A DNA stretch of 64,000 nt from the NCBI GenBank assembly GCA_038213435.1, contig JBBQTI010000009.1, forward strand, positions 15,709-79,708. Direction: 5' to 3'. This stretch comes from Acidimicrobiia bacterium. Lineage in GTDB: Bacteria; Actinomycetota; Acidimicrobiia; IMCC26256; PALSA-610. Made by a program: the position numbers and the translations under genes. Below, one piece after another: positions 20,412 through 30,597 of this stretch. Position 1 is the first letter of the stretch; each line of letters starts with the position of its first letter. The notes under the pieces are model-generated. The model worked only from the letters and a program-made list of their open reading frames with translations. It was not told the DNA's origin and did no database searches.

Positions 20412-21562
20412 TCGTCGGTCGGGCGCGCGAAATGCTTGCTCAGTGTCTCGTTCTGACCCTGGTAGTTCGATCCGATGCCTTGCCCGTACAGACGCTCGGG
20501 CGCCTCCAGCATGTGCTCGAACGTGAGCTTGCAGACGCGCTGGCCGTGCTCGATCATGAACGGAACGTCGTGCGCGCGGACCTCGAGCGCCGCGCGCGAC
20601 CCGACCGAGTGCCCTCCGGGATCGAACCCGAAGCCGGGATCGAAGAAACCCGCGTAGTGCGTACGCAGCTCACCGCTCGTGGGGTCGTAGGCCGTCATCT
20701 CCGACGCCAGCGTCGGCGGGATGCATACCGCCTCGTTGCTCATCAGCAGATAGAAACGCTGCGGCGTGAGCACCACCCGGTCACCTTCTTCGTGTTTCAC
20801 CGATTCCCAGAAGGCTTCGGGATCGACCGGTGCGGTCGCGCTCTTGGCGACGTCGAGCAGTGGCGCGTTGTCGCGCGCGCGGTGGCCGACGTAACCCTCG
20901 GCGTCGCCGTGGAGGTCGAGCCCGAGGAACAGACCGCCGCCGAACGCGAGCTTCGTCCCCGCGACCGGAATACCGCGGTCGAACAGCACCGGCTGCTCGT
21001 GATGGAACGCGCGCACGTCGTCGTCGCCCAGCAGCGCCGAGCCGACCGACAGCCGCAACTGGTTCAGCGACAGGTCCTCGCGGACGCGTACCGGGAACGA
21101 GAGCGGCACCACCTCGAGGTAGAGCGGCCCGTCGTAGCCGGCTGCGATCTCGTCGAACCGGTAGCTCTCGTCGGTGATCACGCGCGTGAACACGTCGATA
21201 CGGCCGGTCGAGCTCTTCGGGTTCGCCTTCCCCCGAACGCCGGGCGGCAACGACAGACGCTCCTTCAACGGAATCAGGTACGGCCGCTTGGTCTCGAGCA
21301 CGACGCCGTCCCTGCGCAGGTCGAGCTCGTCGATGACGTAGTCCTTCACGCGCCGCTCCACCGCCTCGCGGCCGGGAAGGAAACTGCAACGGATCCGGTA
21401 CGCGACCTCGCCCAGGCGCAGGTCGAGGCTCGCCGGCTGCACGTTCTCCCCCGGAATCGTGAAGCGCCCGGCATCGATCACCCGCGCCGCGATCGCGCGC
21501 TCCAGGTACTGGCACGGCAGCACGCCGGTGCGATCGGCGGGAAGAACGAGATCCACGATCAA
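20408..21562 (-). CDS. dcd: dCTP deaminase, long two-domain type
   Basis: VQPASLDLRLG, ANPKSSTGRIDVFTR, GYDGPLYLEV, THYAGFFDPGFG, LEVRAHDVPF, SNYQGQ. Confidence 0.9.
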   Translation of the reverse strand: MIVDLVLPADRTGVLPCQYLERAIAARVIDAGRFTIPGENVQPASLDLRLGEVAYRIRCSFLPGREAVERRVKDYVIDELDLRRDGVVLETKRPYLIPLKERLSLPPGVRGKANPKSSTGRIDVFTRVITDESYRFDEIAAGYDGPLYLEVVPLSFPVRVREDLSLNQLRLSVGSALLGDDDVRAFHHEQPVLFDRGIPVAGTKLAFGGGLFLGLDLHGDAEGYVGHRARDNAPLLDVAKSATAPVDPEAFWESVKHEEGDRVVLTPQRFYLLMSNEAVCIPPTLASEMTAYDPTSGELRTHYAGFFDPGFGFDPGGHSVGSRAALEVRAHDVPFMIEHGQRVCKLTFEHMLEAPERLYGQGIGSNYQGQNETLSKHFARPTDD

Positions 21563-21629
21563 TCAGCCTACGCGCACCTCGACGCGACGGTGTCCGGCGG
21601 ATGACGCGTTCCTTGCGTACGATTCGCCG

Positions 21630-22892
21630 ATGCGTCCTCCCAAGCTCGTGACGACGGCCGCGGCCGCGACCCTCCTGATCACCGCCTGTTCGTCGTCCGC
21701 GAAGTCGACGTCGCCGACGCCCAACACTGCCGGACCCACGACGACCACGTCGATCGTGCCCGCGCCGAAAGGCTTGCCCTCTTTCTATTCGTTCACCGAG
21801 CCGATCCCGACGAAGCCGGGATCATTGATCAAATCCGAGCGCCTGACGCTGCCGAAGATGCACGGCACCGTGTACCGCGTCATGTACGTGTCGACCACCG
21901 TGCACGGCAAGCCGACCCCTGTCACCGGGTTGATCGCGGTGCCGAACGGCACGCCGCCCGCAGGCGGCTTCCCGGTCGTGTCGTGGGGTCACGGCACGAA
22001 CGGCATGGCCGACGTGTGCGCGCCGTCGTTCAAGCCGGACGACTCCGAAACGGCGGGACTCGCCAACCTCCTGCTCGACAAGGGCTGGGTGCTCACCGCG
22101 AGCGACTACCAGGGTGAGGGCACGCCCGGCATGCTGCCGTACATCGCCGGCGACAGCGCCGCGCGCAACACGATCGACATCGTCCGCGCCGCCCGCGATC
22201 TGCCGGGCGCGCACGCGAGCGACCAGTACGTCGTGTGGGGGCACAGCGAGGGTGGTCAGACGGCGATGTTCGCCGACAAGATCGGTCCGGCATACGCGCC
22301 CGAGCTGCACATGAAGGGCGTCGTCGCAGGCGCGCCGCCGTCGCAGTTCAAGTTCATCTACGGCTTCTTGCTGACGAGCCCGTTCCGCTACTACTTGATC
22401 ATGGCTGCCGGCGGCCTCAACACCGCGTACGGCGACGCCGCCGCGCCCCTCGACCAGGTCCTCACGCCGAAGGGGGTCGCGCTGATACCGAAGCTCGACA
22501 CGAGTTGCGACGTGAACGGGACGCTCGGTCCGCTCGACGTGAAGTCGTTGACGAAGGGCGACCCATTCCAGAACACGCTCTGGAAGAAGGTGCTCGAGGC
22601 GAACGACCCCCAGGACTTCACCGCCAAGAGTCCGGTACCGCTGCTCATGATCCAGGGCGGCAACGACGAACAGATCCCCGTCGCGTCGACGAAGCTCCTC
22701 GCCGACCACCTCTGCGGAATACACCAGGTGTTGCAGCGGTGGGTATATCCGGGCCAGAGCCACGCGGGCGTGATCGGTCCGTCGGCCGGCGACATGACGC
22801 ACTGGATCGCCGACCGTTTCGCCGACGGCGCCAACCCCGACCCGTACAAGCCCACCGGTCTCGCCGACATCGACCAGACGACCTGCAGCTAG
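21630..22892 (+). CDS. Secretory lipase (LIP/CAL-A-like) lipoprotein
   Basis: Lipobox ITAC; VVSWGHGTNG..DVCAPS, DYQGEG, WGHSEGG, QGGNDE, SH. Confidence 0.88.
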   Translation: MRPPKLVTTAAAATLLITACSSSAKSTSPTPNTAGPTTTTSIVPAPKGLPSFYSFTEPIPTKPGSLIKSERLTLPKMHGTVYRVMYVSTTVHGKPTPVTGLIAVPNGTPPAGGFPVVSWGHGTNGMADVCAPSFKPDDSETAGLANLLLDKGWVLTASDYQGEGTPGMLPYIAGDSAARNTIDIVRAARDLPGAHASDQYVVWGHSEGGQTAMFADKIGPAYAPELHMKGVVAGAPPSQFKFIYGFLLTSPFRYYLIMAAGGLNTAYGDAAAPLDQVLTPKGVALIPKLDTSCDVNGTLGPLDVKSLTKGDPFQNTLWKKVLEANDPQDFTAKSPVPLLMIQGGNDEQIPVASTKLLADHLCGIHQVLQRWVYPGQSHAGVIGPSAGDMTHWIADRFADGANPDPYKPTGLADIDQTTCS

Positions 22893-22971
22893 ACCCGTAG
22901 AAGTCGCGCCACAACGACCTGACGCTAACGTCAGGGAACACACCGCCGAGGCCGGCCGAGGGAGCGCTCCG

Positions 22972-24195
22972 ATGGAACTACCGAAGATCGTCAGCGTCGA
23001 CGACCACGTCGTCGAGCCCGCGCACGTATGGCAGACCTGGTTGCCGCAGAAGTACCGCGAGAGGGGTCCGCGCATCGAGCGCAAGCGTTGGGGCGCGTTC
23101 TCGCACAAACCCGGTGCGAAGTACGTCAATACGGAGGACCCCGACGGCCTCTGGGGTGACGCGTGGTACTTCGAAGACCGGCTCATCTACGTGCACAAGC
23201 GGTTCGTCGCGATCCCGTTGGAGGCGACGCCCGGCGGTGACCTCTCCAAGTTCGACCGCACCAAGATGGTCATGGAAGCCCTCACCTACGACGAGATGCG
23301 TCCCGGTTGCTACGAGCGCGACGCGCGCGTCAAGGACTTCGAGCGGAACTGGGTCGACGGTTCGCTCCCCTTCCCGACGTTCCCGCGCTTTTGCGGACAG
23401 ACCTTCCTCGAGGCCGACGATCACGACCTCGGCCTCGCGTGCGTCAAGGCGTACAACGACTGGATGGTCGAGGAGTGGTGCGGCCCGTCCAACGGCATGA
23501 ACATTCCGCTGTGCATCATGCCGCTCTGGGACGTGCAGCTCGCGGCCGCCGAGATCCGTCGCAACGCGGCGCGGGGTGTACGCGCCTTTTGCTTCAGCGA
23601 GCTCCCGCACCACCTCAACCTGCCGACGATCCACAGCGGATCGTGGGATCCGGTGTTCGACGCGTGCAACGACACCGGCGTGACGTTGTGCATGCACATC
23701 GGGTCGTCATCGACGAATCCGGCCGCGTCTCCCGACGCGCCCGGTGGGGTCGGCGGCACCCTCGCGTTCAACAACTCGATGTCGTCGTTGGCCGACTGGT
23801 TGTTCTCGGCCAAGCTCATCGAGTTCCCGAAGTTGAAGCTGGCGTACTCCGAAGGCCAGATCGGCTGGATCCCCTACGCGCTCGAGCGGGCCGACACCGT
23901 CTGGGAGCAGCACGACAGCTGGCAGCACTCCAAGGAGCGCATACCCGAGCCGCCTTCGACCTACTACTACGGCCGCATCTTCGGCTGCTTCACCGCCGAC
24001 TATCACGGATTGCACTCGCTCGCCGAGGTCGGCGAGGACAACATCTGTTTCGAGACCGACTACCCGCACACCGACACGACGTGGCCGACTTCGAAGGAAT
24101 ACGCGGAGAAGATGCTCGCCGACTTCGACGAGAAGGTCGCCTACAAGGTCCTGCGCGGAAACGCGATCAAGATGCTCGAGCTCGACCGCACCTGA
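22972..24195 (+). CDS. Amidohydrolase_2 family metalloenzyme
   Basis: SVDDHVVEP, AYNDWMVEEWC, LCMHIGS, SEGQIGWIP, FETDYPHTD. Confidence 0.92.
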   Translation: MELPKIVSVDDHVVEPAHVWQTWLPQKYRERGPRIERKRWGAFSHKPGAKYVNTEDPDGLWGDAWYFEDRLIYVHKRFVAIPLEATPGGDLSKFDRTKMVMEALTYDEMRPGCYERDARVKDFERNWVDGSLPFPTFPRFCGQTFLEADDHDLGLACVKAYNDWMVEEWCGPSNGMNIPLCIMPLWDVQLAAAEIRRNAARGVRAFCFSELPHHLNLPTIHSGSWDPVFDACNDTGVTLCMHIGSSSTNPAASPDAPGGVGGTLAFNNSMSSLADWLFSAKLIEFPKLKLAYSEGQIGWIPYALERADTVWEQHDSWQHSKERIPEPPSTYYYGRIFGCFTADYHGLHSLAEVGEDNICFETDYPHTDTTWPTSKEYAEKMLADFDEKVAYKVLRGNAIKMLELDRT

Positions 24196-24230
24196 GCGCT
24201 CCCGAGCGCTCCCGAGCGCAGGTTGCGCGT

Positions 24231-25052
24231 TCAGCTCGACAGGAACCGTTTCGCGAACTGTTCGACCGGGTCGCGACCGCCGGAGGGCCAGCCGCACACG
24301 AGGTACTCGATGCCGGCCCTCTCCCACGCATCGATGTTGGTCGCGATCGTGTCGAGATCGTCCTCGACCGAGAGTGACGACGCGCGCGTGATCTCCGCCG
24401 GATCGCGCCCGGCGGCAACTGCGAGCGCGGTCATCCGCTGCGACTTCGCCGTCATCGACTCGGGCGAGCCCCAGGAGTGCCAGACGTCGGCGTAACGCGC
24501 CGCGATGGGCATCATGCGCTTCTCACCCGAGGCGCCGATCCACACCGGCGGATGGGGCTGCTGCACGGGGCGCGGTCGCAACGTCGCGTCGCGCACCTTG
24601 AAGTGCGCGCCGTCGAAGGTGAACCCGTCGGTCCTGAGCAGACCCCGCACGATCTGGACCGCCTCTTCGAACGCGTCGATGCGCGCCCTGAGCGGGGGAA
24701 ACGGGATGCCGAGCTCGCGGTGCTCTTTGTCGAACCACGCCACGCCGTACGCCAGCTCGAGCCGACCGCCGGAAGCGTGATCGATCGTGATCGCCTCGGC
24801 CGCGTACACCGCGGGGTGCCGGTACGTCATGCCCGTGACGAGCAACCCCAGGCGGACGCGTTCGGTGAGCCCGCTCCACGCCGCGAGCGTGGTGTTGCCC
24901 TCGAAGCACTCTCCCGGTCCCTCGCCGTACATCGGCTGGAAGTGATCGAAACCCCAAATGCCGTCGAAGCCCAGCTCGTCGGCAAAGCGCGCACGCGACG
25001 CGACTTCACTCCACGGCATTCGCTGTTGGGCGATGTCCAGACCGAACCTCAC
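24231..25052 (-). CDS. LLM-class F420-dependent oxidoreductase
   Basis: GFDGIWGFDHF, LGLLVTGMTYRHPA, DHASGGRL, PRPVQQPHPPVWIG. Confidence 0.9.
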   Translation of the reverse strand: MRFGLDIAQQRMPWSEVASRARFADELGFDGIWGFDHFQPMYGEGPGECFEGNTTLAAWSGLTERVRLGLLVTGMTYRHPAVYAAEAITIDHASGGRLELAYGVAWFDKEHRELGIPFPPLRARIDAFEEAVQIVRGLLRTDGFTFDGAHFKVRDATLRPRPVQQPHPPVWIGASGEKRMMPIAARYADVWHSWGSPESMTAKSQRMTALAVAAGRDPAEITRASSLSVEDDLDTIATNIDAWERAGIEYLVCGWPSGGRDPVEQFAKRFLSS

Positions 25053-25063
25053 GCTGCGCCCCC

Positions 25064-25831
25064 TCAGCTGAATCGCGACTTGGGCCGTTCCTGGCGCTCA
25101 CCGTCGACGAACAGGTCGACGCGCTCGTCGAAGAACGCAACGAACCCGGCGATCCGCTCGCTCTCCGGCAACGGCGTACGGTACGACCAGACGAGGTTCT
25201 CCTCCAACTCGTCGCCGGCGCGCGCCGACCAGTACTCCGCCTGTCCCTTGTACGGGCAGTGGGTCGCCTTGTCGGTGCTCACGAGCAGGTCCATGCGGAC
25301 GTCGACCTTCGGGAGGTACCAGCGCGGGACCAGCCCGGTCTCGAAGAGCACGCGAGCGCGCGGCGAGTCGGCCAGCACGACACCGTTCAGCTCGACGCGC
25401 ACGTGCCGAGAGGTCGGGAGGATGTCGATGCGCGTGTACGGGCTCCGCGCGTGGGTGAAGACCTCCTCGTCCTCTTCGAACCACGCGTCAATCGCGTCCC
25501 AGTCGAAGCGAATGTGGTCGCGCAGCTCCTCGATCGGTGAATCGCGGTACTGCCACGCGGCATCGACACGCTCCTCGCCGTCGACCCGCACCGCGAAATG
25601 CACGGCATCGCCCCGGCTCGGCGAGTGCGTCACGGTCGACGTCTCGTCGAGAAGATCGGTGCGGACGTCGGCGGCCGGAAGGTAGTACGACGGATAGAAC
25701 GGCGACTCCCACACGTACAGCGGCCGGACGGTGTCGGCGATCGCCACGCCCGCCACGTAGGCGCGTATGCGCTTGGCACCCGGCTCGACCCGGATCCGCC
25801 CGCGAGGTGGCGACGATGTCTCTGATGCCAT
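25064..25831 (-). CDS. Tandem DUF427 domain protein
   Basis: Two copies of the YYLP..DV...THS/CP..G.A.Y/F motif. Confidence 0.9.
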   Translation of the reverse strand: MASETSSPPRGRIRVEPGAKRIRAYVAGVAIADTVRPLYVWESPFYPSYYLPAADVRTDLLDETSTVTHSPSRGDAVHFAVRVDGEERVDAAWQYRDSPIEELRDHIRFDWDAIDAWFEEDEEVFTHARSPYTRIDILPTSRHVRVELNGVVLADSPRARVLFETGLVPRWYLPKVDVRMDLLVSTDKATHCPYKGQAEYWSARAGDELEENLVWSYRTPLPESERIAGFVAFFDERVDLFVDGERQERPKSRFS

Positions 25832-25893
25832 GCGACGGCCAACCCGTGCGCTCGACCTCGCATTCCCGCTCCCAGAGGCACCAAACTGTCGCG

Positions 25894-26265
25894 ATGGCCG
25901 TAAAGCGCGATCCCATCGAGCGCGTACGCGAGTTGTGCCTCGGATTGCCGGAGGTGAACGAACGGCTGAGCCACGGCGCTCCGACGTGGTTCATCCGGGA
26001 CAAGAAGACGTTTGCCACCGCCTGGGACAACCATCACGGCGACCAACGGCTCGGCCTCATCTGCGCGGCTCCGCCGGGCGTGCAGCAGCAGCTCGTCGAC
26101 GAGGAGCCCGACCGGTTCTACGTGCCCGCGTACGTCGGTCACCGCGGTTGGATCGGCGTGCGGCTCGACCGCAAGATCGACTGGAAAGAGATCGAGCAGG
26201 TCCTCACCGATGCTTACACCTGCGTCGCCCCCGCGAGGCTCGTCGCCCAGTTGAACGCGACGTGA
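25894..26265 (+). CDS. MmcQ/YjbR family protein
   Basis: VRELCLGLPEVNERLSHGAPTW...FYVPAYVGHRGWIGVRLD. Confidence 0.9.
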   Translation: MAVKRDPIERVRELCLGLPEVNERLSHGAPTWFIRDKKTFATAWDNHHGDQRLGLICAAPPGVQQQLVDEEPDRFYVPAYVGHRGWIGVRLDRKIDWKEIEQVLTDAYTCVAPARLVAQLNAT

Positions 26266-26278
26266 GACTGCGCCGAGG

Positions 26279-27667
26279 CTAGAGCGCAGCCTCGGCGCCC
26301 GTGATTGCGCGCTGCAGCTCGACGCCCGCGTTCGCGGCCCAGTCACCTTCGGCGCGCGCCGCGGCCGTGAACCCGTACAAGGCTTGCGCGTTGGTACTGA
26401 GAATGCGCTCCTTCACCTCGGCGGTCAGCGCCGGATAGCCGAACTGCGCCTGCATCTGCGCCGGGATGACGAACGCGCGGAACGCGTCGATCAACGGTTG
26501 CGGTGAGCCGTACCAGGCACAATCGGTCCCCCAGACGATGCGCTCCGGGCCGAGCGCGACGAGCAGCTTCCCGAGAACGTGTGCGGCCTCCAGCGGTCGG
26601 CGCAGCATCAGGAACCACGTGGTGCCCAGCTCCGCGTACACGTTCCCGCCCGGGCCGATCCCCGCGCCGGCCAAACTTCGCACGAGGCGGTCGACACCCT
26701 TGGCCGGCTGCGCGCGCTCGAGGTCGTAGGGACCTTCCTGCCCACCCGGATCCCGCTCGTAGCCCGAGTGGTACACCACGAACGTCACGTCCGGAAAGGC
26801 CGCCGCCGCGGGTCCGATGTCTCGCGGCGACGCGGCGGCGACGGACGCGTCGGGGACCGGACCACCGAGACCCTTGTGGGTCGCGACGACGCGTGGCCCG
26901 AGGGCGCGCACCCGTTCCAGGAAGGGGAATCCCACCTCGTCGTCGTCGAGGAACCAACCGCCACTCGGCGATCCCTTGGTCGCCGGACCCCACAGCGTGT
27001 AGCACTTCCATCCCGACGGGTGCAGCGTCGAGCTCCAGTCGACCATGGCATCGAGCTCGCCCGGGCCCAGGTTGGGGTGCACGATCGTATGCGTGAGCAC
27101 GCGTCCGGTTCCGGCGTAACGCTCGACGACGTCGCGCGCGGCCGCGATCTGCCGGTTGGTCAGCACATTGACGTCGGCCCGCCCCGGCGTCGACGTGAGC
27201 AGGGCCACCGACGTCTCCGATGCGCCGAAGACGAGCGCGGCCCACGCGGCACCGTCGATCGCGCGCGGGTCGATCTCGTCCGCCCAGCGGTCGGGATCAG
27301 CCATGCGCAAGAACCCGGCGAGCGCCTCCGCGCCCGCGCCGCTCCAGCGCGCGGGGTCGACGAGATGGGTCTGCACGTCGACGACCGGGCCCGTGCCACC
27401 GAACGCGGCTTCGGCCTCGTCGAGGTCGCGCGTCGCGCGCTCGGGCACCGCGTAGAAACCGCCGCCGTGCGCGACATCGATCGCCCGCAGCGTTGCGGCT
27501 GTGCCGCGGCGGTCGACCGCATACTCCCGCGCTGATCGCGCGAGACCGCGGGCCGCGACCGACGAAATCGCGTCGTATCGCGCGATCGCCTCCCGATCGG
27601 CCGCCGACCAGGGCAATGGCGCGTACTCGTCGCTCGAGCGCGCCCGGAGCAGCGACGGAACGATCAT
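26279..27667 (-). CDS. Amidohydrolase family protein
   Basis: ATGA overlap with the upstream permease gene; VDVQTH, WKCY, THKG, VYHSG, VYAELGTTW, IVWGTD. Confidence 0.85.
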   Translation of the reverse strand: MIVPSLLRARSSDEYAPLPWSAADREAIARYDAISSVAARGLARSAREYAVDRRGTAATLRAIDVAHGGGFYAVPERATRDLDEAEAAFGGTGPVVDVQTHLVDPARWSGAGAEALAGFLRMADPDRWADEIDPRAIDGAAWAALVFGASETSVALLTSTPGRADVNVLTNRQIAAARDVVERYAGTGRVLTHTIVHPNLGPGELDAMVDWSSTLHPSGWKCYTLWGPATKGSPSGGWFLDDDEVGFPFLERVRALGPRVVATHKGLGGPVPDASVAAASPRDIGPAAAAFPDVTFVVYHSGYERDPGGQEGPYDLERAQPAKGVDRLVRSLAGAGIGPGGNVYAELGTTWFLMLRRPLEAAHVLGKLLVALGPERIVWGTDCAWYGSPQPLIDAFRAFVIPAQMQAQFGYPALTAEVKERILSTNAQALYGFTAAARAEGDWAANAGVELQRAITGAEAAL

Positions 27668-28467
27668 CGCCCGCTCGCACCGAGCGCGCCGTCGCTGAGC
27701 CGCTGCGCGAGGTATACGGGAATGATCGACAGCACCACGACGACGGTCGCGACCACGTTCACGAGCGGGAGGTTGTTCGGGCGGAACATGTTGTTGAAGA
27801 TCCACAGCGGCAAGGTCTCGAAGCCACTCCCGGCCGTGAACGTGGTCACCACGATCTCGTCGAACGAAAGGGCGAACGCCAACAACGCGCCGGCGAGCAG
27901 GGCCGATCGCATCAGGGGGAACGTGATGAAGCCGAAGGTCTGGAAGACATCGGCACCAAGGTCGGCCGACGCCTCCTCGAGGCTCGGTGAGAGCCGTCGC
28001 AATCGTGCCGCGACGTTGTTGTACACGATCACGATGCAGAAGGTCGCGTGCGCAACGACGAGGGTGAACAGCGAAAGATTTATCCCGGCGCGGTGATAGC
28101 CCGAGTTGAGCGCGATGCCGGTCACGATGCCCGGCAGCGCGATCGGAAGCACCGCGACGAAGCTCACAGCATTGCGTCCGAAGAAGCGGTGGCGCGTCAA
28201 GGCGAATGAGGCGAGCGTGCCGAGCACCAGCGCGATCGCCGATGCGAGCAACGCGGTCTCGAGCGAGCGAAACAGCGCGTCGCGCGGACCCGACGCATGA
28301 GATGCGGCCCGCCACCACTGCAGCGTGAACCCTTGGGGTGGCCAAGCGTACGAACGCGCCTTGTTGATCGAGAGACGGGCGATGTACAGGATCGGGAAGT
28401 AGAGGACCAACAGCACCAGTGTCGTGAATGTGCAGAGCGCGTAGCGTGCGGCGCGCGACATGTACAC
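27664..28467 (-). CDS. Polyamine-type ABC permease (PotC/YdcV-like)
   Basis: LEEASADLGA...FALSFDEIVVTTF. Confidence 0.92.
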   Translation of the reverse strand: MYMSRAARYALCTFTTLVLLVLYFPILYIARLSINKARSYAWPPQGFTLQWWRAASHASGPRDALFRSLETALLASAIALVLGTLASFALTRHRFFGRNAVSFVAVLPIALPGIVTGIALNSGYHRAGINLSLFTLVVAHATFCIVIVYNNVAARLRRLSPSLEEASADLGADVFQTFGFITFPLMRSALLAGALLAFALSFDEIVVTTFTAGSGFETLPLWIFNNMFRPNNLPLVNVVATVVVVLSIIPVYLAQRLSDGALGASGR

Positions 28468-28470
28468 GAG

Positions 28471-29373
28471 TTACAGCTCCTCGAGCGCGCCCGAGGAGCG
28501 CGCGGCAGTGAGGTAGGCAACCATGATCACGATCGGCAGGGTCGCATAAGCGGCCGCGAAGGGCAGGTTGGCACTGAATTCGCGGTACACGACGTTGCCG
28601 ATGAATTGGGTCGTGCCGCCGACGATTTGCGCCATGTAGAAGTCGCCGAGCGTCAAGGCAAAGGTGAAGATCGATCCCGCCACGATCGACGGCCGGATCT
28701 GCGGCAAGACCACCCGCGCGAACGTGCGGCCTGCCTTGGCGCCGAGATCGGTCGACGCCTCGAGCAACGAGTTCGGGAGCCGCTCGAGGCCGGCGTAGAT
28801 CGGGATAATCATGTAGGGCAACCACAGGTAGCTGAGCGTGAGCACGGTTCCCGACATCCCGAAGCCGGGCGAGTGGCCGAACACCTCGTGCAGGACGCCG
28901 CCGGCAGGGTCGAGCATCGCGCGCCAGGCGTACCCCTTGACGAGATAGCCGGCCCACAGCGGCATCGTCACCGCGACCACGAGGGCGCGGCGTACCCACG
29001 GCGTCGCGACCTTCGCCATGTAGAACGCGACCGGCAGGGCGATCAGCAGGTCGATCACTGTCACGCTCAGCGCGGCGCCGATCGTGCGGAACGCGACGGT
29101 CCGGTACACGTGAATGTCGAGCACCCGCCGGTAGTTCGTCGTGCTCGGCGACGTGACGAGCCGTTGCACCAAACCCGTCGGATCGTTTTCGTAGTGGTAC
29201 AGCGACGTGGCGAGCAAGGCAATGAGCGAGCCGATGTATGCGACGAGGAGCCAGACGAGCGGGCCGCCGAGCAACAGCGCGAGCCGGAGGCGCGGCCGCT
29301 GGTACAGCACGCGGGAGAGCCGTCGCCGAAGTCCGCCGCGCTCCTTCACCGGGTCGATCGTCGTGGTAGCCAT
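28471..29373 (-). CDS. Polyamine-type ABC permease (PotB/YdcU-like)
   Basis: PLWAGYLVKGYAW, LLEASTDLGA, FALTLGDF. Confidence 0.92.
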   Translation of the reverse strand: MATTTIDPVKERGGLRRRLSRVLYQRPRLRLALLLGGPLVWLLVAYIGSLIALLATSLYHYENDPTGLVQRLVTSPSTTNYRRVLDIHVYRTVAFRTIGAALSVTVIDLLIALPVAFYMAKVATPWVRRALVVAVTMPLWAGYLVKGYAWRAMLDPAGGVLHEVFGHSPGFGMSGTVLTLSYLWLPYMIIPIYAGLERLPNSLLEASTDLGAKAGRTFARVVLPQIRPSIVAGSIFTFALTLGDFYMAQIVGGTTQFIGNVVYREFSANLPFAAAYATLPIVIMVAYLTAARSSGALEEL

Positions 29374-29400
29374 CGTGTGATGGTCACCGCTCCGGGTGGA

Positions 29401-30597
29401 TCAGCCCTTGATCTCGTCCCAAGCGGCCGTCCACGCCGCATAGTCCTTGCACGTCACGTCGGTGCGACCGTCGAGACACTTGGCCGTCGGCGTCTCCCAG
29501 TAAGAGAGCCGGCCGTAGAAGGCGGCATCACCCGCGTGGTAGGTGTCGCAGTGTTTCTTGTCGACGGTCAGCGCGCATGCCTTCAGGTTGGCCGGCGCCT
29601 CACCGAAGTACTCGGCGACCTGCGCCTGGATGTCGGGTTTCGTGATCCAGTTGATCCACATGTACGCGCAGTTGGGGTGCTTGGCCTTCGCATCGATCAT
29701 CCAGCTGTCGGACCACGAGGTCGAACCTTCCTTGGGGATGATCGCGGCGACGGGGGGAGCCGTCTTGTCGGCCTGAACGCCGTTCGTCGTGATCTGCCAA
29801 GTGGTTCCGAGCACGAGGCTGCCCTTGATGAAAGCTTCCTGTTCCTTCAGGTAGTCGCTCCAGTACTCACCGATGAGCGGTCGCTGCACCTTCATCAAAT
29901 CGACGGTTGCCTGGAACTGCGTGTCGTCGAGCGCATACGGATCCTTGATCCCGAGGTCGGGCCTCGTCTTCATCAGGTAGAGCGCGCCGTCGGCGATGTA
30001 GATCGGCGAGTCGTAGCCGGTGATCTTGCCCTTGTAGGGCGAGTTGGCATCGAACACCGCGCCCCACGAATCAGGAGCCGGCGTGACGACGTTCTTGTTG
30101 TACATCAACAGGTTGGCGCCCCAACCGTGCGGCACCCCGTAGACGACGCCGTTCAGCGAGTTCCACGGCTTGACCTTCAGGAGCGGATCGAGGTCGTTCC
30201 AGTTCGTCAGCAACGAGGTATTGATCACCGCGGCGTCCCGGTCGGCGACCATGCGCAACGTCGCGTCGCCCGAGCTCGAGACGACGTCGTACTGGCCCGT
30301 CTTGAAGAGGTTGAACGCCTCGTCGGACGTGCCGAAGTACTTCACGGTCGCCTTGCAGCCCGTCGCCGCGACGAAGGGCTTCACCCAGTCGGTCTTCGGG
30401 TCGTTCGAGCCGTTCTCGGCGTATCCCGGCCACGCCAAGATCGAGACGGCACGCTCTCCGGCGCCGATCGCCTGTTGGCCGGTCGGTGTCGTCGTGGTGG
30501 GCCCGCCACCTGTGGTGCTCTTGCTACTGCTGCCGCACGCGGCACCAACGAGCACGAACGCGGCCGTGACGCAGGCGAGCCGGTTTGCCTGTCTCAT
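29401..30597 (-). CDS. Polyamine-type ABC substrate-binding lipoprotein (YdcS/PotD-like)
   Basis: Lipobox GAAC; ILAWPGYAE, YDVVSSSGDA, YGVPHGWGANLLMYN, PKEGSTSWSDSW. Confidence 0.9.
   Translation of the reverse strand: MRQANRLACVTAAFVLVGAACGSSSKSTTGGGPTTTTPTGQQAIGAGERAVSILAWPGYAENGSNDPKTDWVKPFVAATGCKATVKYFGTSDEAFNLFKTGQYDVVSSSGDATLRMVADRDAAVINTSLLTNWNDLDPLLKVKPWNSLNGVVYGVPHGWGANLLMYNKNVVTPAPDSWGAVFDANSPYKGKITGYDSPIYIADGALYLMKTRPDLGIKDPYALDDTQFQATVDLMKVQRPLIGEYWSDYLKEQEAFIKGSLVLGTTWQITTNGVQADKTAPPVAAIIPKEGSTSWSDSWMIDAKAKHPNCAYMWINWITKPDIQAQVAEYFGEAPANLKACALTVDKKHCDTYHAGDAAFYGRLSYWETPTAKCLDGRTDVTCKDYAAWTAAWDEIKG

Noticed and set aside
26279-28999. 906-aa ORF as one fusion protein
   Set aside because: Its N-terminal half is an alternative-frame read through the permease genes; the real amidohydrolase starts at 27667. 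The same artefact inflates ORFs 29401-31731, 34225-36237, 46432-49050 and 58498-61098.
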